The translations under genes were made by a program, and so were the position numbers. DNA of 64,000 nt from Macrostomum hystrix (lineage: Eukaryota > Animalia > Platyhelminthes): positions 28,768,001-28,832,000 of the forward strand of contig CATNEN010000038.1 in assembly GCA_950097015.1 (NCBI GenBank), given 5' to 3'. Shown piece after piece: positions 1-12,035 of the stretch; the first letter of the stretch is position 1; the number at the start of each line of letters is the position of its first letter. The notes beneath the pieces are model-generated. The model saw only the letters and a program-made list of their open reading frames with translations, was not told the origin of the DNA and searched no databases.

Positions 1-380
1 CGGCCCTTTAGATAGCACGAGGGCTTCACAACAGCCGAATACTGCTGGGTGCTGTCGCTGCTAGCAGAGTTGGGCAGACTGCGAACGACGTGCGTAACCT
101 TGCCAGTGAACACGAGATTGGCCGTCAGGAAGCGAGTAGCCGTCAGCTTCAGATCTCTGAAATTTGAGCTTGCAGTTGAACTGGAAGCCTCGCCGAAAAT
201 GTGAGTCAAGCTGGCCAAACGTTGAGCGCAGCCGTTCAGTGAGACTCGGGCCAAGTTGAACATTTGCTGAGCCGCGGCATAGTTGCAATCTGCAGACGCA
301 TCCGTGACCTGGCTTGCTGGCCAAGCGACAATCAACAATACAGCGAGCAGCGAGAGGCAGCGACATAAGTTGACTGCCAT
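1..380 (-). CDS. Secreted protein with agrin NtA/NTR(TIMP)-like domain, 3' end beyond the window edge
   Basis: Not in the ORF track. From ATG 380 the frame is open to base 1: MAVNLCRCLSLLAVLLIVAWPASQVTDASADCNY...ANLVFTGKVTHVVRSLPNSASSDSTQQYSAVVKPSCYLKGP. Hydrophobic signal peptide. The motif resembles agrin NtA (ANVVLTGTV...YSCKVRVWRYLKG, recalled from memory). Confidence 0.7.
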   Translation of the reverse strand, partial: MAVNLCRCLSLLAVLLIVAWPASQVTDASADCNYAAAQQMFNLARVSLNGCAQRLASLTHIFGEASSSTASSNFRDLKLTATRFLTANLVFTGKVTHVVRSLPNSASSDSTQQYSAVVKPSCYLKG

Positions 381-1169
381 GTTCGGGAGATTGTTAAGTC
401 CGATGTTAGTTTGAGTAAATCGTACTAGCAGATCAAATGGCTGTGCTCTATGGCTTACACTAGTGACTAGGCCTTTTTAGCAATTCACTGCTGCCTTGAT
501 TGGCCTGCTCATCTGCCCTGCCCCTCTCCTTTCTTCCTCTTTGCTCCACTCACCTCGCCTACTCTGGCTCCAAATTCCTCTCCCAAACACTCTCTCCCTC
601 GTTCTCTTATAATTTTTTTTTACACAAGTAAGTTCAGAGGCCGTCCGTTTGACGACTGGCGCGACAAACCTCCCACCTCCAGTGCCAACCGTGGCCTCGC
701 TATCGTACCCCAGCAACTAGGCTCTAAGCCACCAATATACGTTGGCCAATGATTTGCATTCGTTATTTAAATTATACATTGAGACAGTAGAAAAACAAAT
801 CAGGAGTCCTAACCTAACGCGGGATCAAGGTACGAGAATACGAGTTTTATTTATATATATACATATATATATATATACGGTCGTATATATACACTTCAAT
901 TACTTGTAAATTGTCTGGCAGTTTGTTTAGGCAATAAAAGCGAAATTTAATCGAGATCGAATGTAACATTAACAATCGATATAAGTTGTCTTTCGAAAGT
1001 CACTCTTCAGAAGATTGAATTAACTTATTCATTCAAATTCATGGCTACTACAAGGTCGACAAAATTTAACAAAAATGGCCACCAGCATCAGCTGGGGAAG
1101 AATTTGGTGTATGTGGCGGCCTGTAGTCCATGGACTGTACAATCTTCATTGCCTGGAAAATAACCAGGC

Positions 1170-1552
1170 AATCTACTTGGATACTGAGGGAGAGAATGGC
1201 AGTCCACTTGGATACTGAGGAAGAGAATGGCAGTCCACTTGGATACTGAGGGAGAGAATGGCAGTCCACTTGGATACTGAGGGAGAGAATTATGGCAGTC
1301 CACTTGGATACTGAGGGAGAGAATTATGGCAGTCCACTTGGATACTGCGGGAGAGAATAGCAGTCCACTTGGATACTGAGGGAGAGAATAGCAGTCCACT
1401 TGGATACTGCGGGAGAGAATGGCAGTCCACTTGGATACTGAGGGAGAGAATAGCAGTCCACTTGGATACTGAGGGAGAGAATTATGGCAGTCCACTTGGA
1501 TACTGCGGGAGAGAATGGCAGTTCACTTGGAAACTGAGGGAGAGAATGGCAT
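1170..1552. repeat. 31/34-bp minisatellite (GGCAGTCCACTTGGATACTGAGGGAGAGAAT)
   Basis: About 12 tandem units directly downstream of the RING gene stop codon. Confidence 0.95.
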
Positions 1553-1600
1553 GCAGTTCTCCTAAAGATGACATTTCATGAAGCAATTTTTCTGAATCCG

Positions 1601-4600
1601 TCAAAAGTACAACCGAATTCTGGTCTCAATCGGTCGACGGCACATGTGACAGACGGTCAACTGTCTGGCGCAGTCGCGGCAAGCTTGATGCCCGCAGCCG
1701 AAAGCCACGCAGACGTTGGCTGTGACGCAGACGCGGCACTGGAATCGATCATCCTGTTGATGATCGGACAGCGGCAGTTCAGACTCCGTTGACGACGATG
1801 ATGGCGAAAGCGATGCATCGTCTTCTGTTGAAGATGCTGGTGAATTTAGGCCCTCCTTGGTCTCAATAAGACGATTGCAGCGCAGACAAACTGGAGTGAA
1901 CACAGCGCATCTGCGGCATGCGATGCGGTGACCGCACGGCTGGTAGGTGACGCTTGAGTCCTCACAGCGGCACACTGAGCAGAGATCTCTACAGATGCGT
2001 GACAAATCTGTTAGCTTCCCAAAAGAACACGAGTTTTATCTAGCTGCAAAACCGATAATAATAATAATAACTGCAGCAGGGCTCAGCACATCATTTGGTG
2101 ACACGGGACCCGTAGCCAGCGAGGAGGCAATTCTGCCCATTTCGCTGACTCCTAAACACACACACCCAGTTTCAGTACGCAGGCACACGCTCACACAGGT
2201 GTGTACATCTGCCTGACTTTCTCATCATCAGGCAGTGTACACTTTCACTGTGGCTTGGAGGATGGCCCTCAAGCGCGTAAATTGCCAAAATTAAATTGGC
2301 CAACCTTTGAAGCACTCGAAGAATTTCGAAGTTCCCCAGCTTGGCTGCCCAGTCTGCAGCGGTGCAGCCCATAGCGTCGATCAGGTCGCAATTTGCCCGA
2401 CACTGGAGCAGTAGGTGAGCAAGTTCGACTCGCCTGCCTATGGTTGCTAGCATAAGCGGCGACCAGCCGTCTGTGGTTTGCGCATTCGGATCAGCGCCGG
2501 CGGCTAGCAACAGCCTGGCAACCGGTTCGTTTCCAGTCTCGGCTGCCAGGTGAAGGGCGCGAATGCCAGCCGGAATTTTGCCGATGGCATCTGGATCGGC
2601 GCCGCATTGTTCTAGCAGGTGACGCGCACAGTCAGCCCGACCAGGGTTGGGAGCGCTGCAGTGGGATATTCTTGCGCAACGCATTAACGGAGTCAGTCCA
2701 CGACAGTCCACCAGACTGTCCACTGGCTTGGAAGCGGCAGCTGCCGTTTCTGTTGCTAACTTCAGGGCAGTCAGATCGCCGATTTCAGCAAGGTTGCAAA
2801 TTTTCGCGGCAAGGGACTGTGTGTGACATTGGAAAATGGTAAAGATTAGAAATCTGTAGATCATGCAGCGAGCCACTGGGTCAAGGTGTCTTTAGATTAA
2901 TGAGCCACTGGGTCAAGATGTCCTTAGATTAATGAGCCACTGGGTCAAGGTGTCCTTAGATTAATGAGCCACTGGGTCAAGGTGTCTTTAGATTAATGAG
3001 CCACTGGGTCAAGGTGTCTTTAGATTAATGAGCCACTGGGTCAAGGTGTCCTTAGATTAATGAGCCACTGGGTCAGATGTTTTTAGATCAGTGAGCTACT
3101 GGGTCAGATGTCATTAGATCAGTGGGCTACTGGGTCAGATGTTATTAGATCAGTGAGCTACTGGGTCAGATGTCATTAGATCAGTGAGCTACTGGGTCAG
3201 ATGTTATTAGATCAGTGAGCTACTGGGTCAGATGTTATTAGATCAGTGAGCTACTGGGTCAGATGTCATTAGATCAGTGAGCTACTGGGTCAGATGTCAT
3301 TAGATCAGTGAGCTACTGGGTCAGATGTCATTAGATCAGTGAGCTACTGGGTCAGATGTTATTAGATCAGTGAGCCACTGGGTCAGATGTTATTAGATCA
3401 GTGAGCTACTGGGTCAGATGTCATTAGATCAGTGAGCTACTGGGTCAGATGTTATTAGATCAGTGAGCCACTGGGTCAGATGTTATTAGATCAGTGAGCT
3501 ACTGGGTCAGATGTTATTAGATCAGTGAGCTACTGGGTCAGATGTTATTAGATCAGTGAGCTACTGGGTCAGATGCTATTAGATCAGTGAGCCACTGGGT
3601 CAGATGTTATTAGATCAGTGAGCTACTGGGTCAGATGTTATTAGATCAGTGAGCCACTGGGTCAGATGTTATTAGATCAGTGAGCTACTGGGTCAGATGT
3701 TATTAGATCAGTGAGCCACTGGGTCAGATGTTATTAGATCAGTGAGCCACTGGGTCAGATGTTATTAGATCAGTGAGCCACTGGGTCAGATGTTATTAGA
3801 TCAGTGAGCCACTGGGTCAGATGTTATTAGATCAGTGAGCCACTGGGTCAGATGTCATTAGATCAGTGAGCTACTGGGTCAGATGTTATTAGATCAGTGA
3901 GCCACTGGGTCAGATGTTATTAGATCAGTGAGCTACTGGGTCAGATGTCATTAGATCAGTGAGCTACTGGGTCAGATGTCATTAGATCAGTGAGCTACTG
4001 GGTCAGATGTCATTAGATCAGTGAGCTACTGGGTCAGATGTTATTAGATCAGTGAGCCACTGGGTCAGATGTTATTAGATCAGTGAGCTACTGGGTCAGA
4101 TGTTATTAGATCAGTGAGCCACTGGGTCAGATGTTATTAGATCAGTGAGCTACTGGGTCAGATGTTATTAGATCAGTGAGCTACTGGGTCAGATGTTATT
4201 AGATCAGTGAGCTACTGGGTCAGATGTTATTAGATCAGTGAGCCACTGGGTCAGATGTTATTAGATCAGTGAGCTACTGGGTCAGATGTTATTAGATCAG
4301 TGAGCCACTGGGTCAGATGTTATTAGATCAGTGAGCCACTGGGTCAGATGTTATTAGATCAGTGAGCCACTGGGTCAGATGTTATTAGATCAGTGAGCCA
4401 CTGGGTCAGATGTTATTAGATCAGTGAGCTATTGGATCAGATGTTATTAGATCAGTGAGCTACTGGGTCAGATGTCATTAGATCAGTGAGCTACTGGGTC
4501 AGATGTTTTTAGATCAGTGAGCTACTGGGTCAGATGTTATTAGATCAGTGAGCCACTGGGTCAGATGTTATTAGATCAGTGAGCTACTGGGTCAGATGTT

Positions 4601-5869
4601 ATTAGATCAGTGAGCCACTGGGTCAGATGTTATTAGATCAGTGAGCTACTGGGTCAGATGTTATTAGATCAGTGAGCCACTGGGTCAGATGTCATTAGAT
4701 CAGTGAGCTACTGGGTCAGATGTTATTAGATCAGTGAGCCACTGGGTCAGATGTTATTAGATCAGTGAGCTACTGGGTCAGATGTCATTAGATCAGTGAG
4801 CTACTGGGTCAGATGTCATTAGATCAGTGAGCTACTGGGTCAGATGTTATTAGATCAGTGAGCCACTGGGTCAGATGTTATTAGATCAGTGAGCTACTGG
4901 GTCAGATGTTATTAGATCAGTGAGCCACTGGGTCAGATGTTATTAGATCAGTGAGCTACTGGGTCAGATGTTATTAGATCAGTGAGCTACTGGGTCAGAT
5001 GTTATTAGATCAGTGAGCTACTGGGTCAGATGTTATTAGATCAGTGAGCCACTGGGTCAGATGTTATTAGATCAGTGAGCTACTGGGTCAGATGTTATTA
5101 GATCAGTGAGCCACTGGGTCAGATGTTATTAGATCAGTGAGCCACTGGGTCAGATGTTATTAGATCAGTGAGCCACTGGGTCAGATGTTATTAGATCAGT
5201 GAGCCACTGGGTCAGATGTTATTAGATCAGCGAGCTACTGGGTCAGATGTCATTAGATCAGTGAGCTACTGGGTCAGATGTCATTAGATCAGTGAGCTAT
5301 TGGGTCAGATGTTATTAGATCAGTGAGCTACTGGGTCAGATGTCATTAGATCAGTGAGCTACTGGGTCAGATGTTATTAGATCAGTGAGCTACTGGGTCA
5401 GATGTTATTAGATCAGTGAGCTACTGGGTCAGATGTTATTAGATCAGTGAGCTACTGGGTCAGATGTTATTAGATCAGTGAGCTACTGGGTCAGATGTTA
5501 TTAGATCAGTGAGCTACTGGGTCAGATGTTATTAGATCAGTGAGCTACTGGGTCAGATGTTATTAGATCAGTGAGCTACTGGGTCAGATGTCATTAGATC
5601 AGTGAGCTACTGGGTCAGATGTTATTAGATCAGTGAGCTACTGGGTCAGATGTCATTAGATCAGTGAGCTACTGGGTCAGATGTTATTAGATCAGTGAGC
5701 TACTGGGTCAGATGTTATTAGATCAGTGAGCTACTGGGTCAGTGTCTTTTGATCAGATCAATGGGTGAATATGTCTTTGGTTCATGGAGTCACTGTGTCA
5801 AGGTGTCTTAAGATCATGGAATTGCAAATTAATAATTACCAAGCTTACCTGAATATCCTCGTTGTTCAT
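1601..5869 (-). CDS. Ankyrin-repeat + two RING-finger E3 ubiquitin ligase (Mind bomb C-terminal-like), about 306 aa
   Basis: Exons 5869-5849 (MNNEDIQ), 2816-2305 (ankyrin repeats: GLTPLMRCA, RALHLAAETGN, GWSPLMLA, GCTAADWAA) and 1988-1601 (two C3HC4 RINGs, ending CHMCRRPIETRIRLYF as in MIB). All introns are GT-AG, phases are consistent, total 921 nt. Confidence 0.8.
2058..2290 (-). mobile_element. SINE family A, 5'-truncated copy in intron
   Basis: Matches the other copies (GCCAGCGAGGAGGCAATTCTGCCCATTTCGCTGACTCC...GGCAGTGTACACT); (AAT)n tail. Confidence 0.85.
2868..5765. repeat. 31/32-bp satellite (GAGCTACTGGGTCAGATGTTATTAGATCAGT), about 2.9 kb, in intron 1 of the ANK-RING gene
   Basis: About 90 near-identical units; the first units are a 32-bp variant. 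Confidence 0.97.
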
Positions 5870-6276
5870 GTCGCTTTGGAGTCTGTATCAACGAATGATA
5901 GCAGAAAATTCGCTGGACCTTCTAAATACATTTCTCATACGCTTAAAAGATCATTAGTAATGCCAGGTACTTGGTTTCAGTCTAAGAGTTTTCGCTCGAA
6001 TTCGCTATTTACTAGGTGTCATCCATTACTTTTGCAGAAAGTCTAATTTTCCTGCCGACTTTGTGATGCACCGCGACTCATTCCTAAAACTTGAATGTCG
6101 AAACACGCACTAAAGAACAGGGGGTAAAGTAGACACAACAAAATTATTTATTATCTAATCTATTTTTAGAAATTGCGTCTTTTGTACGCGTCTATGTTAG
6201 GAGTGAATAATGTACATTTATATGCCAGCACAAATGTACATATAGTGCCCTACTGAACATAGGCTTGGTCGAAGCA

Positions 6277-6287
6277 GGGAAATTTCC
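6277..6287. promoter_or_regulatory. Candidate NF-kappaB-type site GGGAAATTTCC upstream of the ANK-RING gene (second site GGGGTATTCC at 6498-6507)
   Basis: Motif match only, about 400 bp upstream of ATG 5869. Confidence 0.3.
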
Positions 6288-6729
6288 ACCGGAAGATTTG
6301 AAACTTTCCACAGTGGGGTGTGTTTTAATTCATGAATTTAACCAATTGTCGAGTTGTTTTTCTCACTTAAACATTGAACTATGAGATTATAAAATCAAGC
6401 CTAATTATATACGAGCATATAATATATATATACCAGGATTTATCTTACTTGATTGCCAACAGTAATATCCAACTCTGTATTTAACAGTAGAAAGACCGGG
6501 GTATTCCACCGTTTTTCTCAAGGACAACTTAACACATGGTTGTCCTATGTCTATATCTCCCAAAATATTTAAGCAATCGCCATAAAAAATCTTAAACACT
6601 GGATAAAATTTTAAAATAAGACTAGCAAGTTTTTCCGCCCTTCGGGGAGCAGAAATAGTTTTAATTCGTCTAGTATATACTTTTTAGCAGCTGAATTTAA
6701 AGCTTTTTAAAGCTAAAATGATCCCATAG

Positions 6730-7130
6730 TGGACAATGATCCCCCAGTTGACAATGATCCCCCAGTTGACAACGATCCCCCAGTTGACCATGATCCCCCC
6801 AGTTGAAAATGGTCCCCCAGTTGACAATGATCCCCCAGTTGACAATGATCCCCAAGTTGACAATGATCACACGGTTGACAATGATCCCCCAGTTGACAAT
6901 GATCCCCCATTGATGACGATCCCCAGTTAACAATGTTCCCCCAGTTGAACATGATCCCCAAGTTGACAATGATCCCCCAGTTGATGATGATCACCCAGTT
7001 GACAACGATCACCCAGTTGACCATGATTCCCCATTTGATAATGACTCCCAATTGATGATGATCCCAAGTTGACAATGATCCCCCAGTTGACCATGATCCC
7101 ACATTTGATGATGATTCCCCAGTTGACAAT
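6730..7130. repeat. 18-bp minisatellite (GACAATGATCCCCCAGTT)
   Basis: About 22 moderately diverged units. Confidence 0.93.
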
Positions 7131-7139
7131 TAGAATAAG

Positions 7140-8720
7140 TCGAGTCTCTGGGTCATTGAGTCTGGTTCATTTAGTCTCTCGGTCATTGAGCCTCTAGGTC
7201 ATGGGTCATTGAGCCTCTCGATCATTGAGCCTCTGGGTCATTGAGTCACTGGGTAATTGACTCTCTAGATTATTGAGCCTCTGGGTATTTCAGCCTCTTT
7301 GTCATTGAGCCTCTGGGTCATTGAACCTCTGGGTCATTGAGCCTCTGGGTCATTGAGCCTCTGGGTCATTGAGCCTCTGGGTCATTGAGCATCTGGGTCA
7401 TTGAGCCTCTGGGTCATTGAGCCTCTGGGTCATTGAGCCTCTGGGTCATTGAGCATCTGGGTCATTGAGCCTCTGGGTCATTGAACCTCTGGGTCATTGA
7501 ACCTCTCGTTAATTGAGACTCTTTGTCATTGAGCATCTGGGTCATCGAGCCTCTGGGTCATTGAACCTCTGGGTCATTGAGCCTCTGGGTCATTGAGCCT
7601 CTGGGTCATTGAGCCTCTGGGTCATTGAGCCTCTGGGTCATTGAGCCTCTGGGTCATTGAGCCTCTGGGTCATTGAGCCTCTGGGTCATTGAGCCTCTGG
7701 GTCATTGAGCATCTGGGTCATTGAGCCTCTGGGTCATTGAACCTCTGGGTCATTGAGCCTCTGGGTCATTGAGCCTCTGGGTCATTGAGCCTCTGGGTCA
7801 TTGAGCCTCTGGGTCATTGAGCATCTGGGTCATTGAGCCTCTGGGTCATTGAACCTCTGGGTCATTGAACCTCTCGTTAATTGAGACTCTTTGTCATTGA
7901 GCATCTGGGTCATCGAGCCTCTGGGTCATTGAACCTCTGGGTCATTGAGCCTCTGGGTCATTGAGCCTCTGGGTCATTGAGCCTCTGGGTCATTGAGCCT
8001 CTGGGTCATTGAGCCTCTGGGTCATTAAGCCTCTAGTTAATTGAGAATCTTTGTCATTGAGCATCTGGGTCATCGAGCCTCTGGGCTCTGGGTCATTGAG
8101 CCTCTGGGTCATTGAGCCTCTGGGTCATTGAGCCTCTAGTTAATTGAGAATCTTTGTCATTGAGCATCTGGGTCATCGAGCCTCTGGGCTCTGGGTCATT
8201 GAGCCTCTGGGTCATTGAGCCTCTGGGTCATTGAGCCTCTAGTTAATTGAGAATCTTTGTCATTGAGCATCTGGGTCATCGAGCCTCTGGGCTCTGGGTC
8301 ATTGAGCCTCTGGGTCATTGAGCCTCTGGGTCATTGAGCCTCTGGGCTCTGGGTCATTGAGCCTCTGGGTCATCGAGCCTCTGGGTCATCGAGCCTCTGG
8401 GCTCTGGGTCATTGAGCCTCTGGGTCATTGAGCCTCTGGGTCATTGAGCCTCTAGTTAATTGAGAATCTTTGTCATTGAGCATCTGGGTCATCGAGCCTC
8501 TGGGCTCTGGGTCATTGAGCCTCTGGGTCATTGAGCCTCTTTGTCATCGAGCCTCTGGGCTCTGGGTCATTGAGCCTCTGGGTCATTGAGCCTCTTTGTC
8601 ATTGAGCCTCTGGGTCATTGAGTCACTGGGGTAATTGAGTCTCTTTGTCATTGAACCTCTGGGTCATTGAGCCTCTCTTTCATTGAGCCTCTCGGTCATT
8701 GAATCACTGGGTTATTGAGA
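7140..8720. repeat. 16-bp minisatellite (GAGCCTCTGGGTCATT) with higher-order variants
   Basis: About 95 units with recurring variant blocks (CTCTAGTTAATTGAGAATCTTTGTCATT). Confidence 0.96.
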
Positions 8721-10019
8721 TTCTCAATGAGATAGCTACAGTGATTAGCTTTATTCGAACAGCATGTATTATCTATTACCAACCTTATATCCTTCCATTA
8801 ACATCCATATTAAGACAGTAAAAACTTGATTTATTGTGCGCTAGTATATTGTTTGCCGCAGAAGTTAAACGCTTCTAAGAAAGTAACAAATAATTAGCAA
8901 CTTGCTAAGAGAACAGAAACATTTAGATCCGTACAATATTGGAACTTGTACTGATTAGATAATAACAAATCACAATTAAGCATTTCATATCTATACGAGT
9001 ATAAGCATCAGGTCAGCGCACAGTAAATTGACAAACAAAGCGGAAATGCAAGGTGATCAGTCAGAAGAATTTGCAATCAAAATTGGCTGTGGCATGTTTC
9101 GCCAGAAACAGCAACAGAGCCAAACAAAAGCTATTAGCAAAAGCGATTAAGTAACAGGTCAAAAGTATTATGTGAAAGCTAAAAGTATTAAAACAAAGCG
9201 ACATGTTATTAGGACTTTTTGTTCGGCAATACAGTAGAAAATGAAAGAACAGACAAGTGTCAGGATAACAAGCGAGCCGAATAAATATTAACTTCTTCTG
9301 TAGCTAATAGGTGCATGAACTAATTATGGAACATTAAAAAGTGATGGTACGGTATTTGTCTTTCTCAGCATATTGTTTATTTAATACAGAACTGTAGTCT
9401 TTATTAAATTTGAATTCGCGCCAATTTTTACTTTTGTTCTTTTATTTGGCGCGAATTTAAACTTTTAAGTCTCAAATTTACCTGTGACACAAACGCTAGT
9501 TAGCGCGCAAGTTAATCGCATTGCAATAAAGTGATTTTTTACTATGGTGCCATTGTGTAAAAGCTTGTTTCTAATAAGCACTTTTCTGAGCAGGTAAAAA
9601 CACAATACAATGAAGAAAACAATACAAAAAAAGTTTAAGCTAATATAAAGGGTCTGTAGACTGAGGCGCTAGAAACTGACTACTATACTAGTGGTAGAGA
9701 ACTTTTTTGCTAGAAATAAACAATACATTATTTTATTTGCAGACAATTTTTACCGTACCTGTTCCGCTACTAACTACTTTCAGGAGTAATCTAAAATAAT
9801 TAGACAATATCAGCTGACTTCCTTGTTTGAAATTTCGAATAACAATTTACTCACTTTGCATTACTAACCCACTATACTCACTATCATAACTACTGAATCC
9901 AGTAAAGTAGCAAGTAACGAGTATTGGTTGGGAACGAATCGGATCTACTTTTAGCTACAAAATTCATTGATACCGTTTCATGCTCTATGGCTTTAGAGCA
10001 TGAAAAGCTGGCTAGTCAT

Positions 10020-12035
10020 TCAACGTGACGTGCGCCACTGAATGCCGCCCTGCTCTCGCCGCATCCTGGCCAGCTCGTCGGTGAAGTACGGCAGTTGGCG
10101 CAGTTCGGCCGCCTCCTCGGTGCCGTAGCGCAGGCAGCGAGTCTCAGTCGAAAACATGGACACGGGCTGCGACTCGAGGCAGACCTTGCGGGCCACCAAA
10201 TCAAAGCAGGGAACTCGAATCAGTCGAAAGAACCACTCGATCACTGAGGCGCCTTGGCTGTCATGCGCGTTCTTCAGGCAGCGATAGAATCTGCGATCAC
10301 GGAAGAAGGGATTGAGGTTAGGGTTAGTTGTATCTGACACCACTCATAAAAAATAATAAAAAGTAATAATAATACTTGCAGGAGGCCTGCGGGCGTAAGC
10401 ACATCATTTTTTGACACTAGACCTGCAGCCAGCGAGGAGGCAATTCTGCTCATTCCGCTGACTCCTGAGCACACACGCACACAGATACCGTAAGAATGCT
10501 CAAACTCACACAAAAAGGGTGTGTACATCCTACTTTCTCATTGTCAGGTAGGCAGTGTACACTCTCACTCTGCCTCACAAGCCTCCAAGCCTTCTCTCCG
10601 CGGCTGCACCCCACGTCCAGATTCCGTGGCCTCGCCGCGGAATCGAGCTCAGGGACATTAGTGTGAGAGGCAAACGTGTTAGACCGCTGTGCCACCCAGC
10701 CCCCCTAGCAGACAGCTATATTCGCAAACAAAATAGTGACTAGTGAAAACTGACTCACTTAACGTCGCATTTGCAGTGCGAAATCGTGAAATGAAATATG
10801 CTTTTCAGGTGGTACCGAGTCTGCTTAGCGTGGATGACTTTGTCGCAGTGGTCGTGCTCTCGACAACACTTGTCGGACTCGAACGCAGTGCCGAGGGTTG
10901 TGTAGTTCATTGCAAGGGTGCCTGTGGGTGTGTTTTGCAGTCGAATGTAGCAAAAGGTGGTTTCTTATCAAAACCGCTGTTTTTAGTTGACTAGATTATA
11001 TTGAGTGCTATGGGGGTCAGGCTACGGATGGAAATTAATCTCAGCATTCAGGCTAACAGATGTAAATGGAGTCAGTCTACAGATGGCGATGGGGGTCAGG
11101 CTACAGATGGAGATGTGGGTCAGGCTAGAGAGGGCAATGGGGGTCGGACTACAGAGGTCAATGGGGGTCAGTCTACAGAGGGCAATGGGGGGTCAGGCTA
11201 CAGATGGCGATGGGGGTCAGTCTACAGAGGGCAATGGGGGTCAGGCTACAGATGGCGATGGGGGTCAGGCTACAGAGGGTGATGGGGGTCAGGCTACAGA
11301 TGGCGATGGGGGTCAGGCTACAGAGGGTGATGGGGGTCAGTCTACAGAGGGCGATGGGGGTCAGGCTACAGATGGCAGTGGGGGTCAGGCTACAGAGGTC
11401 AATGGGGTCAGTCTACAGAGGGCAATGGGGGTCAGGCTACAGAGGGCAATGGGGGTCAGCTGCTACAGAGGGCAATGGGGGTCAGACTACAGATGGCGAT
11501 GGGGGTCAGGCTACAGATGGCGATGGGGGTCAGGCTACAGAGGGTGATGGGGGTCAGGCTACAGATGGCAATGGGGGTCAGGCTACAGATAGCGATGGGG
11601 TCAGTCTACAGAGGGCGATGGGGGTCAGGCTACAGATGGCAGTGGGGGTCAGGCTACAGAGGTCAATGGGGTCAGTCTACAGAGGGCAATGGGGGTCAGG
11701 CTACAGAGGGCAATGGGGGTCAGACTACAGATGGCGATGGGGGTCAGGCTACAGATTATAATGTGAGGTCAGGCCAGCAGCTTTTGTACAGTAGGAAGAG
11801 TAGGCTCACCAACGCCGCACCATCGAGTGCCAGGATGTATCATGTAGGAGTCGCGCTTCTCATTGGCGTACCTAATCTGCTTGGTGGTGGCAACAGAGTC
11901 CAGATCCGGAACCGAGGTTGGATTCGAGTGAGGAAGATTATTGAATTCTGTCGAGTTGGCCAGCTGCATCCGCGACAGCACCATCAGGAAGGGTGCAAGC
12001 AACAGGATGAAATCATGTGAACTTCTGATTCTCAT
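10020..12035 (-). CDS. Group III secretory phospholipase A2 (bee-venom/PLA2G3 type), about 219 aa
   Basis: Exons 12035-11810 (signal peptide, propeptide, IHPGTRWCGVG Ca-loop), 10921-10759 (SDKCCREHDHC catalytic HD, TISHCKCD) and 10290-10020 (FYRCLK...WFFRLIRVPCF). GT-AG introns, 660 nt in frame. Confidence 0.92.
10365..10705 (-). mobile_element. SINE family A, near full length, PLA2 intron 2
   Basis: tRNA-like head on the minus strand (GTGGCACAGCGG...GAGCTCGATTCC; A/B boxes) and an AT-rich tail. Confidence 0.88.
11060..11756. repeat. 24-bp G-rich minisatellite (GGGGGTCAGGCTACAGATGGCGAT), PLA2 intron 1
   Basis: About 28 units; explains the spurious GDGGQAT ORFs. Confidence 0.95.

Noticed and set aside
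61-366. Listed 101-aa ORF
   Set aside because: Overlaps a better frame starting at ATG 380 that has a signal peptide and a domain motif.
2868-5765. About 31-bp repeats as a CRISPR array (also 1170-1552)
   Set aside because: Units are contiguous with no unique spacers, there are no cas genes, and the context is eukaryotic and largely intronic.
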